Shown: positions 41,261-50,800, numbered from the stretch's first letter. The stretch: DNA of 64,000 bases from an uncultured delta proteobacterium (GCA_963752595.1 CAVVYZ010000005.1:224001-288000); one strand, 5' to 3'. Program-made: numbers and translations. The notes: generated from the sequence alone by a model not told the origin.

Positions 41261-42227
41261 ATGAATCTTGTACAATCACCATTCCTTCAAGAAATACAGT
41301 ACCGTGTATCCAAGGCAGTGATCGGGTGCATCCGCATCATGCCGTACCTGGCCGCCATCACCCTGGGCAGATTCCTTGGCCTTGCAGGGTATTTCCTCGA
41401 TCCGTTTCACCGTAAAGCCGCCTCGCTCCAGATGCGCGAGGCCCTCGGAGATGCATACCATCCCGGCATTGTCCGCAGGGTATTCATGAACCATGGCGAT
41501 ATCATGGTGGATGCCGTCAGGTACGCCTACATGGATGATCGGGAAATCCGGGAACGGATAGTCATCGAGGGACAGGAGAACCTCGAAGCTGCCCTTGCAG
41601 GCGGCAAGGGCCTCATGATGATCACCGGCCACATCGGCAACTGGGAGATCCTCTCCCACCTCCCCCGGCTGCTCGGTATCCGGTTCTGCGTCATGGCGGA
41701 TATCCGCAAGGACCCACGTCTGGAATCGCTCGTGGATGAGATCCGCTCGAGATCCGGGGCCACTGATCCTTCCCCCCAAAGGCAAGGCCCTCATGCTCAT
41801 CAGGGAACTCAAACGCGGCAACACCATCGGCATGATCATGGATCAGCGGGGCAAACGTTCCGAATCCCTTTTCTGCGATTTCTTCGGCCTCCCTGCCCCC
41901 ACCAACCCGGCGCCCGCCTTCATCGCCATAAAAGGGGATGCAGTCATCCTGCCGGTATATGCCGTCAAGCAGGACGGCCGGTATCTGGTGCGCTTCTCCG
42001 AGCCCAGAGAATCCTCCTCGTTCGGTACCGGTAAGGAGGCTATCGTTCGTTTAAGCCAATTCATGCAATCCTGGGTAGAATCCGTAGTCAGGCAGCATCC
42101 CGACCAGTGGTTCTGGCTTCACTGCAGGTGGACCAGGCGCTCCGAGATGCGAAGGCTCATCAGATCCGGAGAAGACTTCCGGGCTTTTGTTCTTTCCCAG
42201 GCTGAGAAGGCTTCGCCGAACACTTGA
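41261..42227 (+). pseudogene. Lipid A late acyltransferase (LpxL/HtrB family), paralog 2; frameshift near 41766 (probably an assembly error)
   Basis: TGHIGNWE in the first frame; ILPPKG, DQRG and PDQWFWLH in the second frame. Confidence 0.85.
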
Positions 42228-42309
42228 GTCACATCGGCCTGAAGCTATTCTCTATCTTGATCTTGACTTTAGGCGCCGCATCTTTGTATAGAATACAGGT
42301 CATTCACAC

Positions 42310-42384
42310 GGCGGCATAGCCAAGTGGTAAGGCGACGGTCTGCAAAACCGTTATTCTCCGGTTCAAATCCGGATGCCGCCTCCA
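42310..42384 (+). tRNA. tRNA-Cys (GCA)
   Basis: GGCGGCA acceptor stem, D-loop AAGTGGTAA, anticodon loop CTGCAAA, TTCAAAT T-loop, CCA end. Confidence 0.97.
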
Positions 42385-42418
42385 TTCATTTCATTCATAC
42401 AGGCATCACGCCGGAGAC

Positions 42419-44386
42419 CTACTCGTTACATCTCGGAAGGAAGAGACTGAAGGTGGTGCCTTTCTGAGGAGCGCTCTGCACCGATATCGCGCCATCGAGC
42501 CCGGTTACGATCCGGTGGACGGTCGCAAGGCCTAGGCCTGTGCCCTTTCCCCGTTTCTTGGTGGTGAAAAACGGATCGAAGATATTTTTCATGGTTTCTT
42601 CATTCATGCCGCAGCCGGTATCGGATACGATGAGCTTGACATATGGCCCCGGCAATAAATGAGGATGTACGGCACTGATGTCGGCAGCGCTCAGTACAAC
42701 GGGTTCGAGAATGATACGGAGCATCCCTCCCTTGTCTTCCATTGCCTGGTATGCATTCGTACACAGGTTCATGATTATCTGGTGCAGCTCGGTCGGATCG
42801 GCGAAGACAAGCAATGGGCCGTGTTCGGATGTACAGGTAATCTCGATTGAAGTGGGAATAGTCGCCCGCAGCAGGTTGATCGCTTCATCGAGGATGAGGC
42901 CTATATGTACCGGCTCCCGCTCTGCCTCGAATTTCCTGCTGAAGGTAAGGATCTGCGAAATGAGATCCTTTGCCCTCATGCCGGCCTTGAGGACCTGGTC
43001 GAGACATGCATCTGCCCGTGAACCCTCAAGAATCTCTTTCCTTGCCAGCTCGGCGTATCCGATGATGGCTGAGAGCATATTGTTGAAATCGTGTGCGATG
43101 CCTCCCGCCAGGGTCCCGATCGCTTCGAGCTTCTGCGCCTGAGCCAGACGGAGCTCATAACGGTCGCGTTCCCTTTCCGCCTCTTTGCGCTGCGTGATAT
43201 CGCGTACGATACCCCTGAAACCGACTGTGTCGCCTTTGGAATCCTTGAGCGCAGACACCGATGCCTCAACGTACAGCTTGTCCCCGTACTTATCCATCAG
43301 CTCCCAGTCAAAGGCCTTTGTGGTCTCGCCTGTGATGAAGACCCGGTGGAATACATCGAAGACCTTCTTCGCATTATTCTCATCCATGTACTGCCGGTAG
43401 TTCAGGCCTTTTACCTCCTCATCCGTATATTTCAAATTCTTGCTCAAGGCCTGGTTGAAGAAGGTGAAATTTCCGGTGAGATCCACTTCGAAGTAGCCTT
43501 CCTCGATGCTGTCGAGGATGTTGCGGTATCTTTCCTCATTGAGCTTCAAGGCCAGCTGGGCTTTGATACTGTCGGTTATATCCCTGCCGGATCCCTGCAC
43601 ATAGAGGGGGTTTCCATCAGCGTCCCTGACCACGGTGTTCCGGTATTCGATCACCCGCTCATGGCCGTCTTTGCTCAGGATATTGATGATCCCCTCGCCT
43701 TTGCCCTCTTTCAGAATCCGGCCCATGTAATCGCCAAAGACTGCTTTATACCTCTCGGGCATGATATCTCTGATGTTCATCCGGACAAGATCTTCGGCCG
43801 TGTAACTGGTATATATCTTCGAAGCCAGATTCGTCTCGATCATATTGCCCTGGAAGTCATGTATGTAGAGGAAGTCGGTCGAATTCTCGAAGAAAGTCCG
43901 GTATTTTCCATCGCTTGAACGCTGATTTTCAGGCACGCTCCGACCCTTCGGGACTTCCTGAAAAATCTGGAGGGCTCCGATAAGACGGCCCTGCGGATCA
44001 CGGATCGGCCTTGCCCTGGTCCTGAAGGTGCGCTGTTTATTGCTTATGCCGGGGAAAGACTCCTCTGCATTCAGGGAATCACCTCCCCTGCTTATTATCC
44101 GGCAGTCATCCCCACATGCACAGTCTTGTGAAATCGTATGATCGATGAGCATGGGCCTTGCTGTCCCATAAAAAGGCAGCGCATACTCCCGGCCCGATTT
44201 ACTCAGCATCTCTGCTGCAGGGATGCCGGTGAGGATCTCTATCGCACCGTTCCACACAGTAATTGATTTGTTTCCGTCAATGGCGAAACACGGGTATTCG
44301 ATGCAGTCTGCAATCTGACGGAAAATGGAAGCAAGGTATAGGCTCGAGGCTGAATTACTCTGAGTAGTCTTCGTTTTCTGTCTCAT
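42419..44386 (-). CDS. Cytoplasmic multi-PAS sensor histidine kinase
   Basis: Three PAS-like domains, AGGIAHDFNN H-box, NLCTNA, DTG.GM, FFTTK..GKGTGLGL; no receiver domain. Confidence 0.92.
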   Translation of the reverse strand: MRQKTKTTQSNSASSLYLASIFRQIADCIEYPCFAIDGNKSITVWNGAIEILTGIPAAEMLSKSGREYALPFYGTARPMLIDHTISQDCACGDDCRIISRGGDSLNAEESFPGISNKQRTFRTRARPIRDPQGRLIGALQIFQEVPKGRSVPENQRSSDGKYRTFFENSTDFLYIHDFQGNMIETNLASKIYTSYTAEDLVRMNIRDIMPERYKAVFGDYMGRILKEGKGEGIINILSKDGHERVIEYRNTVVRDADGNPLYVQGSGRDITDSIKAQLALKLNEERYRNILDSIEEGYFEVDLTGNFTFFNQALSKNLKYTDEEVKGLNYRQYMDENNAKKVFDVFHRVFITGETTKAFDWELMDKYGDKLYVEASVSALKDSKGDTVGFRGIVRDITQRKEAERERDRYELRLAQAQKLEAIGTLAGGIAHDFNNMLSAIIGYAELARKEILEGSRADACLDQVLKAGMRAKDLISQILTFSRKFEAEREPVHIGLILDEAINLLRATIPTSIEITCTSEHGPLLVFADPTELHQIIMNLCTNAYQAMEDKGGMLRIILEPVVLSAADISAVHPHLLPGPYVKLIVSDTGCGMNEETMKNIFDPFFTTKKRGKGTGLGLATVHRIVTGLDGAISVQSAPQKGTTFSLFLPRCNE

Positions 44387-44791
44387 ACGCTCATCGATGG
44401 TTTATATTATTCAGCCGCAAGCCTCTCCCACATGTAATATGAGTTGAACATTAGGACTTGTCGGAAATCAGGGATGAAATATTAAAAAAAGTGATTCCGG
44501 TTCCTCTCAAGCATCCGAGCCCTCACTCACGAAGCCGCCGAGGAGCAACCAGGGACCGGATGTTTGCGGGCTTGATTTCTCCATCCGGGAAAAAACGAAG
44601 CGTGGTGAAATTTTACCTTCCCGTTTTCACTTGCCTGAATCTCTCCCATCATGATAATCTCCTTGCTTACAGCTCTTTCACTAGCTGGTATTTGATGGCA
44701 TAGGTCATATGAACCCTGACCATATGAGGTGACAGGGCATCAAAGATAAGCACCAGAGAGAGAAGCGAGCGCATACAAGGGAAGGGTTCTT

Positions 44792-45745
44792 GTGAAGGGT
44801 ATACAAACAGCCATCATCCTAACCATAGTGATTTTCAGCCATACCCCTGTCCTATCAGCCGCAGGAATAACGCAAAGCGCCCGTATCGGGCTTACATCCA
44901 TGTGGGGCGAGACCTCCAACCACACCTGCTTCCGGGAGGGAGCGAGCCGTCTGGAATGGCCTATGGATATGCAGCTAATCGGAACAGCGTATATGATAAA
45001 CTTCTTTGATGCTGTAGAGTTGGAGGTCGGCATGCAGGCGGCCCCATGGATCAGCAACGGGAAGCCCATGCAGGATTATGACTGGATCGACGAATCCCTT
45101 TCCCGCTCCCCGAGAAGGGCTGACCATGAAGGCCTCGATATCTACTCGATGAGCATAGTGGATTCAAAGGCCTTCTCCTATGATGCAACTATGCGGGGTT
45201 TCCCCCTCTCCGTTCAGTTTGCCTCTCTGGGGTTCTTCCTTTCCTACCGTAACCAGGAGATGGATTTTAACGCCTTCGATACGAATCAGATCGGTTTCGG
45301 ATCGTGGCAGGATCAGACAGCCAGAGCCTACGGTCCCACATCTACCTATACCGTAGAGTATGATACGTACCTCATCGGTCTTGCCTGGCGGGTTCATGCA
45401 GCCGATTTCCTGAAGATGACCGTCGATACCGCCTATATCCCCTATGCCAAGGCGGTGGATGAGGATAACCATATACGGAGACTGCGCCTATCCCAGACAA
45501 AATGTACAGGGACCGGCGGCATGCTTTCACTGTCCATGCAGTTCAGCCTCAGCAAAAAGTGGTATGTTTCCTCATCGTGTTCAAAGCTTCACATCGCTAC
45601 GGACGGTCACCAGAAACAGAGCTGGTATGGGAACGATCCCGCCTCGGTGGGCTTTGACGACACCGGACAGGTATTATCCGGAATTGATGCCGAGATAGAC
45701 CAGGATTCCTTTCATGCAGGTATCTCCATCGGCTGCCGCCTGTAG
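44792..45745 (+). CDS. Omptin-family outer membrane protease
   Basis: Signal peptide, SRLEW, MQDYDW and DEDNH.RR omptin motifs; amphipathic beta-strands. Confidence 0.75.
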   Translation: MKGIQTAIILTIVIFSHTPVLSAAGITQSARIGLTSMWGETSNHTCFREGASRLEWPMDMQLIGTAYMINFFDAVELEVGMQAAPWISNGKPMQDYDWIDESLSRSPRRADHEGLDIYSMSIVDSKAFSYDATMRGFPLSVQFASLGFFLSYRNQEMDFNAFDTNQIGFGSWQDQTARAYGPTSTYTVEYDTYLIGLAWRVHAADFLKMTVDTAYIPYAKAVDEDNHIRRLRLSQTKCTGTGGMLSLSMQFSLSKKWYVSSSCSKLHIATDGHQKQSWYGNDPASVGFDDTGQVLSGIDAEIDQDSFHAGISIGCRL

Positions 45746-45798
45746 AAAAAAACATCTCTTTTTACATCCTTTAAGCCTGAGAATCGATATGTCGATAG

Positions 45799-47142
45799 AT
45801 GCCCTATATGCTGACCCGGTCGCTCATGCAGAAAAATCTTCACCGCTCCAGATTCTCCCTGCCGTTTTTAGATCCGATCCTCAGGGACCTGATAACGCTC
45901 ATCCCCACATTGCTCGCTGAGGGGAAGCCTTCCATAGGGATATACGAACACCCGAGCTGCAGCCAGGCCGAGGTCGAGCTCCTGGAGAAATATCTTGGCA
46001 GAAGGCCCGAGATCAGGGCCGGCAGAATCCCGTACCGGGTATCGGTCGAAAGCGTTATCGTGCTCGTCCGTCCCAGCCTTGCCGGCAGATACTTCTCGAA
46101 CATAACGATTGTATGCATCGCGAGACGCGATGCATACCCTGATGACATTGCTGCCAAGATCACAGCCATCGGCGATATATTCAAGCGCCATGGGATACCG
46201 CTGAGCGGACTGGTATACACGGATACCCTTCCCCAATTTCTCATCTATGAGATCCTCCGCACCGGGATCGTGGTCGGAGGCAAGGAGCCGGTTACAAGCA
46301 TGGATGCCGTTTCGGAATCATGCGTGTACATCGGAGACCTCCCCGGCAAGATAACCGAGCCGGATACCTCCGGCCGGGCAGAATGGAATCCGTTCCGGTG
46401 CTTTCTGGATGGGCAGGTGGCGGAATTCATCGGGAAAAACGATTACCCTGCGGCTGTTTCCATCCCTTCTGCCAATCCGTTTATCGTTCCCTACCTGCAT
46501 ATCCTCCATTACCATGAGGAGCAGGGGGATACCGAAAAAATAGAGAAGATGCGGGTGAGCCTCTTCTACCTCCTTTCCTGCTTCCCTCCCACCCGGGAGG
46601 TCATGGTAAATCTGGCACGCAGATGGAAAGCCGGCAGATCGTACCCTCCCATCAATGAGCTCGGGCTCATGGAATCCTTTCGGCTCAGGAGGTGGCTTGT
46701 ACCTCTTGAGGAAAACGAACTGCCTGTTTTCTCCTGGCCGCCGCTTCCCCACTTTTCGGTCCAGAGGGCTGTCCTTGAGATGAATGACTATGTCTGGAGC
46801 ATCCAGGGGTTTGGCGAATTCAAACACAAACATGCATGGGTGGTTCTCTTGTGGACCTCTATGGTCGGACTAATCGGAACCCAGACCCGGATTACCGCCC
46901 CCGATGTCCTCATGCTGAGGCGTACCTGTAAAAAGCTTCTCTTCGATGCCATGGAGGCGATCCGGCAGGGAGCGGATCGCCTGGTTCCCGAGGACCACCG
47001 GCATGGCTCGATACAGATAAAGGACGGAAGGCCTTTCTTCTCTGCAGCGCCCTTTGCCATCCTTGAGCGGGGGAATAAACACAGTGTTGAGCTCTTCGAA
47101 ATCATCAAGAAAAAGACCTTGATTGACGATAGCGGTTTATAA
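45799..47142 (+). CDS. Hypothetical protein resembling a degenerate class I adenylate cyclase
   Basis: LIPTLL..., FLIYEILRTGIVVGGKEP and NPFIVPYLHILHY...IEKMRVSLFY align by eye with conserved CyaA blocks; catalytic DxD absent. Confidence 0.6.
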   Translation: MPYMLTRSLMQKNLHRSRFSLPFLDPILRDLITLIPTLLAEGKPSIGIYEHPSCSQAEVELLEKYLGRRPEIRAGRIPYRVSVESVIVLVRPSLAGRYFSNITIVCIARRDAYPDDIAAKITAIGDIFKRHGIPLSGLVYTDTLPQFLIYEILRTGIVVGGKEPVTSMDAVSESCVYIGDLPGKITEPDTSGRAEWNPFRCFLDGQVAEFIGKNDYPAAVSIPSANPFIVPYLHILHYHEEQGDTEKIEKMRVSLFYLLSCFPPTREVMVNLARRWKAGRSYPPINELGLMESFRLRRWLVPLEENELPVFSWPPLPHFSVQRAVLEMNDYVWSIQGFGEFKHKHAWVVLLWTSMVGLIGTQTRITAPDVLMLRRTCKKLLFDAMEAIRQGADRLVPEDHRHGSIQIKDGRPFFSAAPFAILERGNKHSVELFEIIKKKTLIDDSGL

Positions 47143-47182
47143 GAGAAAGTGATAAATAAAATAGTTAAGGGCTCATAAAAAA

Positions 47183-48214
47183 ATGGCAACGAATCCGCTG
47201 GATATCAGAATCCTCACTGTAGGTCCTAACTATATCTACCAGAAGACCCTTCGCCAGATGCTCACGAGTCTCGGTTTTCAGAACATTGACGAGGCCAGGG
47301 AAGGAACAAAGGCATGGGAGACGATCGGCAGGATCAACCCCGATCTCGTCATCGCCCAATGGGACATGCCCGAGATCACCGGCCTGGCGCTCCTGAAGCT
47401 TATCAGGGCAAATGATGATTTCTCCGATATCCCGGTCATCCTGTGCACGGGCGAAGTTACCAAGGCCGATGTGGTAAGGGCCGGAGAGGCAGGGGTGAAT
47501 GCCATTGTCATGGAGCCGATCAACATCGAACATCTGGATACGAAAATTCGAATCATCCTTGAGTTCGAGATGAGCCCGACTACCAAGCAAGCCAAGACCT
47601 TCATGGAAAAAGGCGACCTCTACCTGAGGGAAGAGCGTTTTGAATCCGCCCTCAAGGAGTATGGGAAGGTACTCGATATCCTGGAATCCGCCGAGGTTTA
47701 CTATAATATCGGCTACATAAGGACAGCGAAAGGCGAGTATGACGAGGCCCTGGCTGCCTTCAGGAAGGCAACCCAGATCAACCAGATGTTTGCCAAGGCA
47801 TACAAGGCCATGGCGGATGTGTACATCAAGATGGGCAATAAAGAGATGGCGGAGAAATACCTGCAGATGGCAGGGGATATTTTCCTCGAACGGGAGATGC
47901 ACGAAAACGCGGAGAGCGTCTTCAACGAGATCCTCAAGCTCAATCCGGAGACGATCAATGTCTACAACAGCCTTGGGATCATCTACAGAAGGCAGAACAG
48001 GCTTGAGGAATCCATCAAGCTCTATGAAAAGGCAATCAAGATAGACCCCAATGACGAGAACGTCCATTTCAACCTGGGCAGGGTATACCTTGAGCTGAAC
48101 AACCCACACATGGCAAAAAAGTGCTTTATCAAAGCCGTGATGATCAACCCTGATTTCGACACGGCAAAAGGCATGATCAAAGCCATCGAGTCTGCGGAAA
48201 AAAGGTCGGTCTAG
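47183..48214 (+). CDS. Pseudo-receiver (CheY-like) + TPR repeat protein
   Basis: CheY-like fold (PDLVIAQWDMP, IPVIL.T) followed by about six TPRs (VYYNIG, VYNSLG, HFNLG). Confidence 0.88.
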   Translation: MATNPLDIRILTVGPNYIYQKTLRQMLTSLGFQNIDEAREGTKAWETIGRINPDLVIAQWDMPEITGLALLKLIRANDDFSDIPVILCTGEVTKADVVRAGEAGVNAIVMEPINIEHLDTKIRIILEFEMSPTTKQAKTFMEKGDLYLREERFESALKEYGKVLDILESAEVYYNIGYIRTAKGEYDEALAAFRKATQINQMFAKAYKAMADVYIKMGNKEMAEKYLQMAGDIFLEREMHENAESVFNEILKLNPETINVYNSLGIIYRRQNRLEESIKLYEKAIKIDPNDENVHFNLGRVYLELNNPHMAKKCFIKAVMINPDFDTAKGMIKAIESAEKRSV

Positions 48215-48262
48215 AGTACTTTTCGTCCTTTCGCATTCAAAAGCCCGGCACGGATAACCGCT

Positions 48263-49495
48263 TTATATCCCCTTCCCGTACTTTTTCAGCTCAAACAGTT
48301 TCCTGTCCTGGGTGGCCACGATGTGATAGAGCTTGTCCTGGGGCACATAGATGTACGGCACGTCCTCCTCGCGCCTGTAGAGAAAATGCGAGAGGATCAT
48401 CCGGTTGACGGCCCGGTGCCCTACGATCATGATGTTATCCGACTTCCTGTTGAGGTAGAAGGCCTTCTTGATGCCGATCTTGATCCGTTCCTTCATGCTG
48501 TTGTACCCCTCGCCGCCCGGATACTCGTAGTTGTACTTGTCGGCCTTCCTCGCCGAATAGACATCGGGCATCAGCTTCTGGATCTCGTCATAGCTCATCC
48601 CTTCGCAGATCCCGCTGTTGATCTCGTTGAACTCCTTGAGATGCACGATGGAGCAGTTCTGCTGGAAGCCCCTGATGGCTTCCGCTGTCTGGATCGTCCG
48701 CTTTTTTTCACTGGTGAATATATAGGAGATCCTCCTGTGCTGGAAGTACTTCGCGAGGGCCTGTGCCTGTGCAAGCCCCTTGGGAGTGAGGTCCGGGTCT
48801 CCGCCGATCCGGTCTTCCACATTATAATATGTCTCCGTATGGCGGATGAGGAAGAGACTCTTGACCACATCCGTGACCAGGCAGTCCCGAATCCGTGAGT
48901 ACAGGGGAAGCTGGTCGGAAAGCTTCTCCTCGATGATTTTGTTGTGAAGGGAATCCATGCGGATGTAGTTCCTTTCCCTGTCCAACCGCACATAGATCAT
49001 TCTATAATAGTCAATCCTCTTCTTGAACTCGTTTATGGCCTTCTGTTCCGACACGCTACCGAACTCCGGCGATTTGATCTTATCGCGGATGCTCATTTCA
49101 ACGAGCTCGCAGTCATTGTTGATGCACTCTATGAAGAGGATGGGATGATCATCCAGATTGTCCTCGATAAACTTGCGCCTTTCCATGCTCACGTTCGTGG
49201 CATCGAGGATGGACACATCCCCCTTGGTGCTCACATATTTCTTTGCCCTCCTGATGTTTATCTGTGCAAAACGCTTCCTCAGCTTCATAGCCTCGATATT
49301 GCCGGGGCGGAAGAATTCGGATGTCCAGGAATCCTTTGTCGGCGCATACTGCCTTCTGAGCTGGCCGTTATTGAATATCCGGGTAGGGATGTCGTTCTTG
49401 GTGAAGATGTCTTTGAGCCGGTAGGCGATCGTGGACTTTCCCTGGGAAGGAAGCCCCACCATAACAATATAGAGTTTTTCGTCTTTTGATGTCAT
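48263..49495 (-). CDS. Bifunctional 6-phosphofructo-2-kinase / fructose-2,6-bisphosphatase-like protein
   Basis: MVGLPSQGKS, IFN.GQLRR, LDATN...ERR, FIECI and F.KRI..Y, then a histidine phosphatase domain (RHTET, IGGD..L, RTIQTA, NEI.SG.CEG, YPGGE.Y, GHRAV.R). Confidence 0.88.
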   Translation of the reverse strand: MTSKDEKLYIVMVGLPSQGKSTIAYRLKDIFTKNDIPTRIFNNGQLRRQYAPTKDSWTSEFFRPGNIEAMKLRKRFAQINIRRAKKYVSTKGDVSILDATNVSMERRKFIEDNLDDHPILFIECINNDCELVEMSIRDKIKSPEFGSVSEQKAINEFKKRIDYYRMIYVRLDRERNYIRMDSLHNKIIEEKLSDQLPLYSRIRDCLVTDVVKSLFLIRHTETYYNVEDRIGGDPDLTPKGLAQAQALAKYFQHRRISYIFTSEKKRTIQTAEAIRGFQQNCSIVHLKEFNEINSGICEGMSYDEIQKLMPDVYSARKADKYNYEYPGGEGYNSMKERIKIGIKKAFYLNRKSDNIMIVGHRAVNRMILSHFLYRREEDVPYIYVPQDKLYHIVATQDRKLFELKKYGKGI

Positions 49496-49558
49496 AACTA
49501 TTGAATACCATTTGAAGAGAGATGAGACAAGAGCGGTTTCCCAGCACTTCAAAAATAC

Positions 49559-49587
49559 TTGACAACCTCCTACCCAATCGATAGAAG
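49559..49587 (+). promoter_or_regulatory. Putative sigma70 promoter for tRNA-Gln/tRNA-Glu
   Basis: TTGACA-17 nt-TAGAAG upstream of the tRNAs. Confidence 0.55.
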
Positions 49588-49602
49588 GTCATAGTTGGCT
49601 GT

Positions 49603-49676
49603 TGGGGGATCGTTCAACGGTAGGACAGCGGACTCTGACTCCGTCGATCAAGGTTCAAATCCTTGTCCCCCAGCCA
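49603..49676 (+). tRNA. tRNA-Gln (CTG)
   Basis: TGGGGGA/TCCCCCA acceptor stem, CTCTGAC anticodon loop, GGTTCAAATCC, CCA. Confidence 0.96.
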
Positions 49677-49693
49677 TAAGATTAAAGAGATGC

Positions 49694-49769
49694 GGTCCCA
49701 TCGTCTAGTGGCCTAGGACACTGGCCTCTCACGCCGGAGACAGGGGTTCGACTCCCCTTGGGACTACCA
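49694..49769 (+). tRNA. tRNA-Glu (CTC)
   Basis: GGTCCCA acceptor stem, GTCTAGTGGCCTAGGAC D-arm, CTCTCAC anticodon loop, GGTTCGACTCC, CCA. Confidence 0.96.
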
Positions 49770-49779
49770 GAATAGAAAC

Positions 49780-49812
49780 AAGGAGTTGCAGAGAAATCTG
49801 TGACTCCTTTTT
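49780..49812 (+). terminator. Terminator after the tRNA pair
   Basis: aaggagttgcaga-gaaa-tctgtgactcctt stem-loop followed by a T run. Confidence 0.65.
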
Positions 49813-49886
49813 CTTTACTGGATTCCATTCCCCACACTTCGCAAGAAAAGAATTCAACAAAAAAAATGCAGCTTTTTTGTCTTCCT

Positions 49887-49934
49887 GGTCTCATAACCCA
49901 AAGGGCGAAGGTTCAAATCCTCCCCCCGCTACCA
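49887..49934 (+). mobile_element. Decayed 3' half of tRNA-fMet; att-like integration scar
   Basis: CTCATAACCC...GGTTCAAATCC.CCCCCGCTACCA with no 5' half or D-arm and mismatched stems. Confidence 0.7.
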
Positions 49935-50339
49935 GTCCAATTTCAATAAATATCAAGAAGATTTATAATAAATCTCGGCAAACCATAAGACGGTTTTTTT
50001 CTTGCCTATTTAACCTATTGCTAACCTGCTGCGTATTTATAGTAGCGGCAATTATTCATCTGAATCCTAAACGGTTCTTGCCCAGGCTTATGTTCATTTC
50101 TTTAATTGCCGCTGCAATAAATGCATTCCAGGCATAAAAAATCCGGGATCAAGGGTCTGGCTTATTTTGTCGTATAGGTTTGTGCGCTGCTCGGTATTTG
50201 ATCGGAGCGACGCCACCGGCAAATAATTATCAAGCAAATAGGAGTATGCAGCGCATTGTAAAGAAAGTATTTTTTAAAAATCCCCTAAGGCGAGATACTG
50301 TTCCAGTCAAACAACAGTCAAGCAAAATTGCTCATAGCA

Positions 50340-50800
50340 TTACGCCCACCATGGCAGATACTTTCTGGCTTTGCTGCCGACGGTATCGTCGTGACAACGG
50401 ATCAAGTCTGCTTCAATGGTATCCCTTATGATCCGCGAAGCCATTGCGCTGTTCTTTTCTTCTATCCCAAACCGCTCCCGCAGGGTGGTGTTGGTCATGA
50501 AGTCCCGCTGCACGTATCTCAGGCAGGCATGGAGATAACAGGCCCGAATTCGATCATCCTTGTCCATATACCTCAACTCTCGGTGCGCGAACAAGACGGC
50601 GCGGGTATGTTCATCAGTCGTTTCAAACAGCGGCGCAGGAAGTTGATAAAACTCGGTCTGAGAGACCACTTTGTCCACACCGCTGCCACGCTCTTCACAG
50701 ACTCCGATTCGGCGCATGAACGAGGCCAGTGCTTCATTGCGCGACTTAGGAGGACTATCAAGAAATCGGTCGGTTTTGACCAGCGGCATGCCAGGGAGAT
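50340..50800 (-). pseudogene. C-terminal fragment of an AlbA/ATP-binding (HATPase_c_4 + HTH) regulator-like protein
   Basis: PKSRNEALA..MRR.G.CEERGSG.DK, MTN.TLRERFG and YLPWWA; the N-terminal two-thirds is missing. Confidence 0.7.

Noticed and set aside
49887-49934. Functional tRNA-Met
   Set aside because: No 5' acceptor strand or D-arm; the anticodon and T stems are mismatched, so it is treated as an att-like remnant
49682-50431. Short ORFs over the tRNAs and the AT-rich scar region
   Set aside because: They overlap tRNA genes or lack an RBS and any recognisable motif
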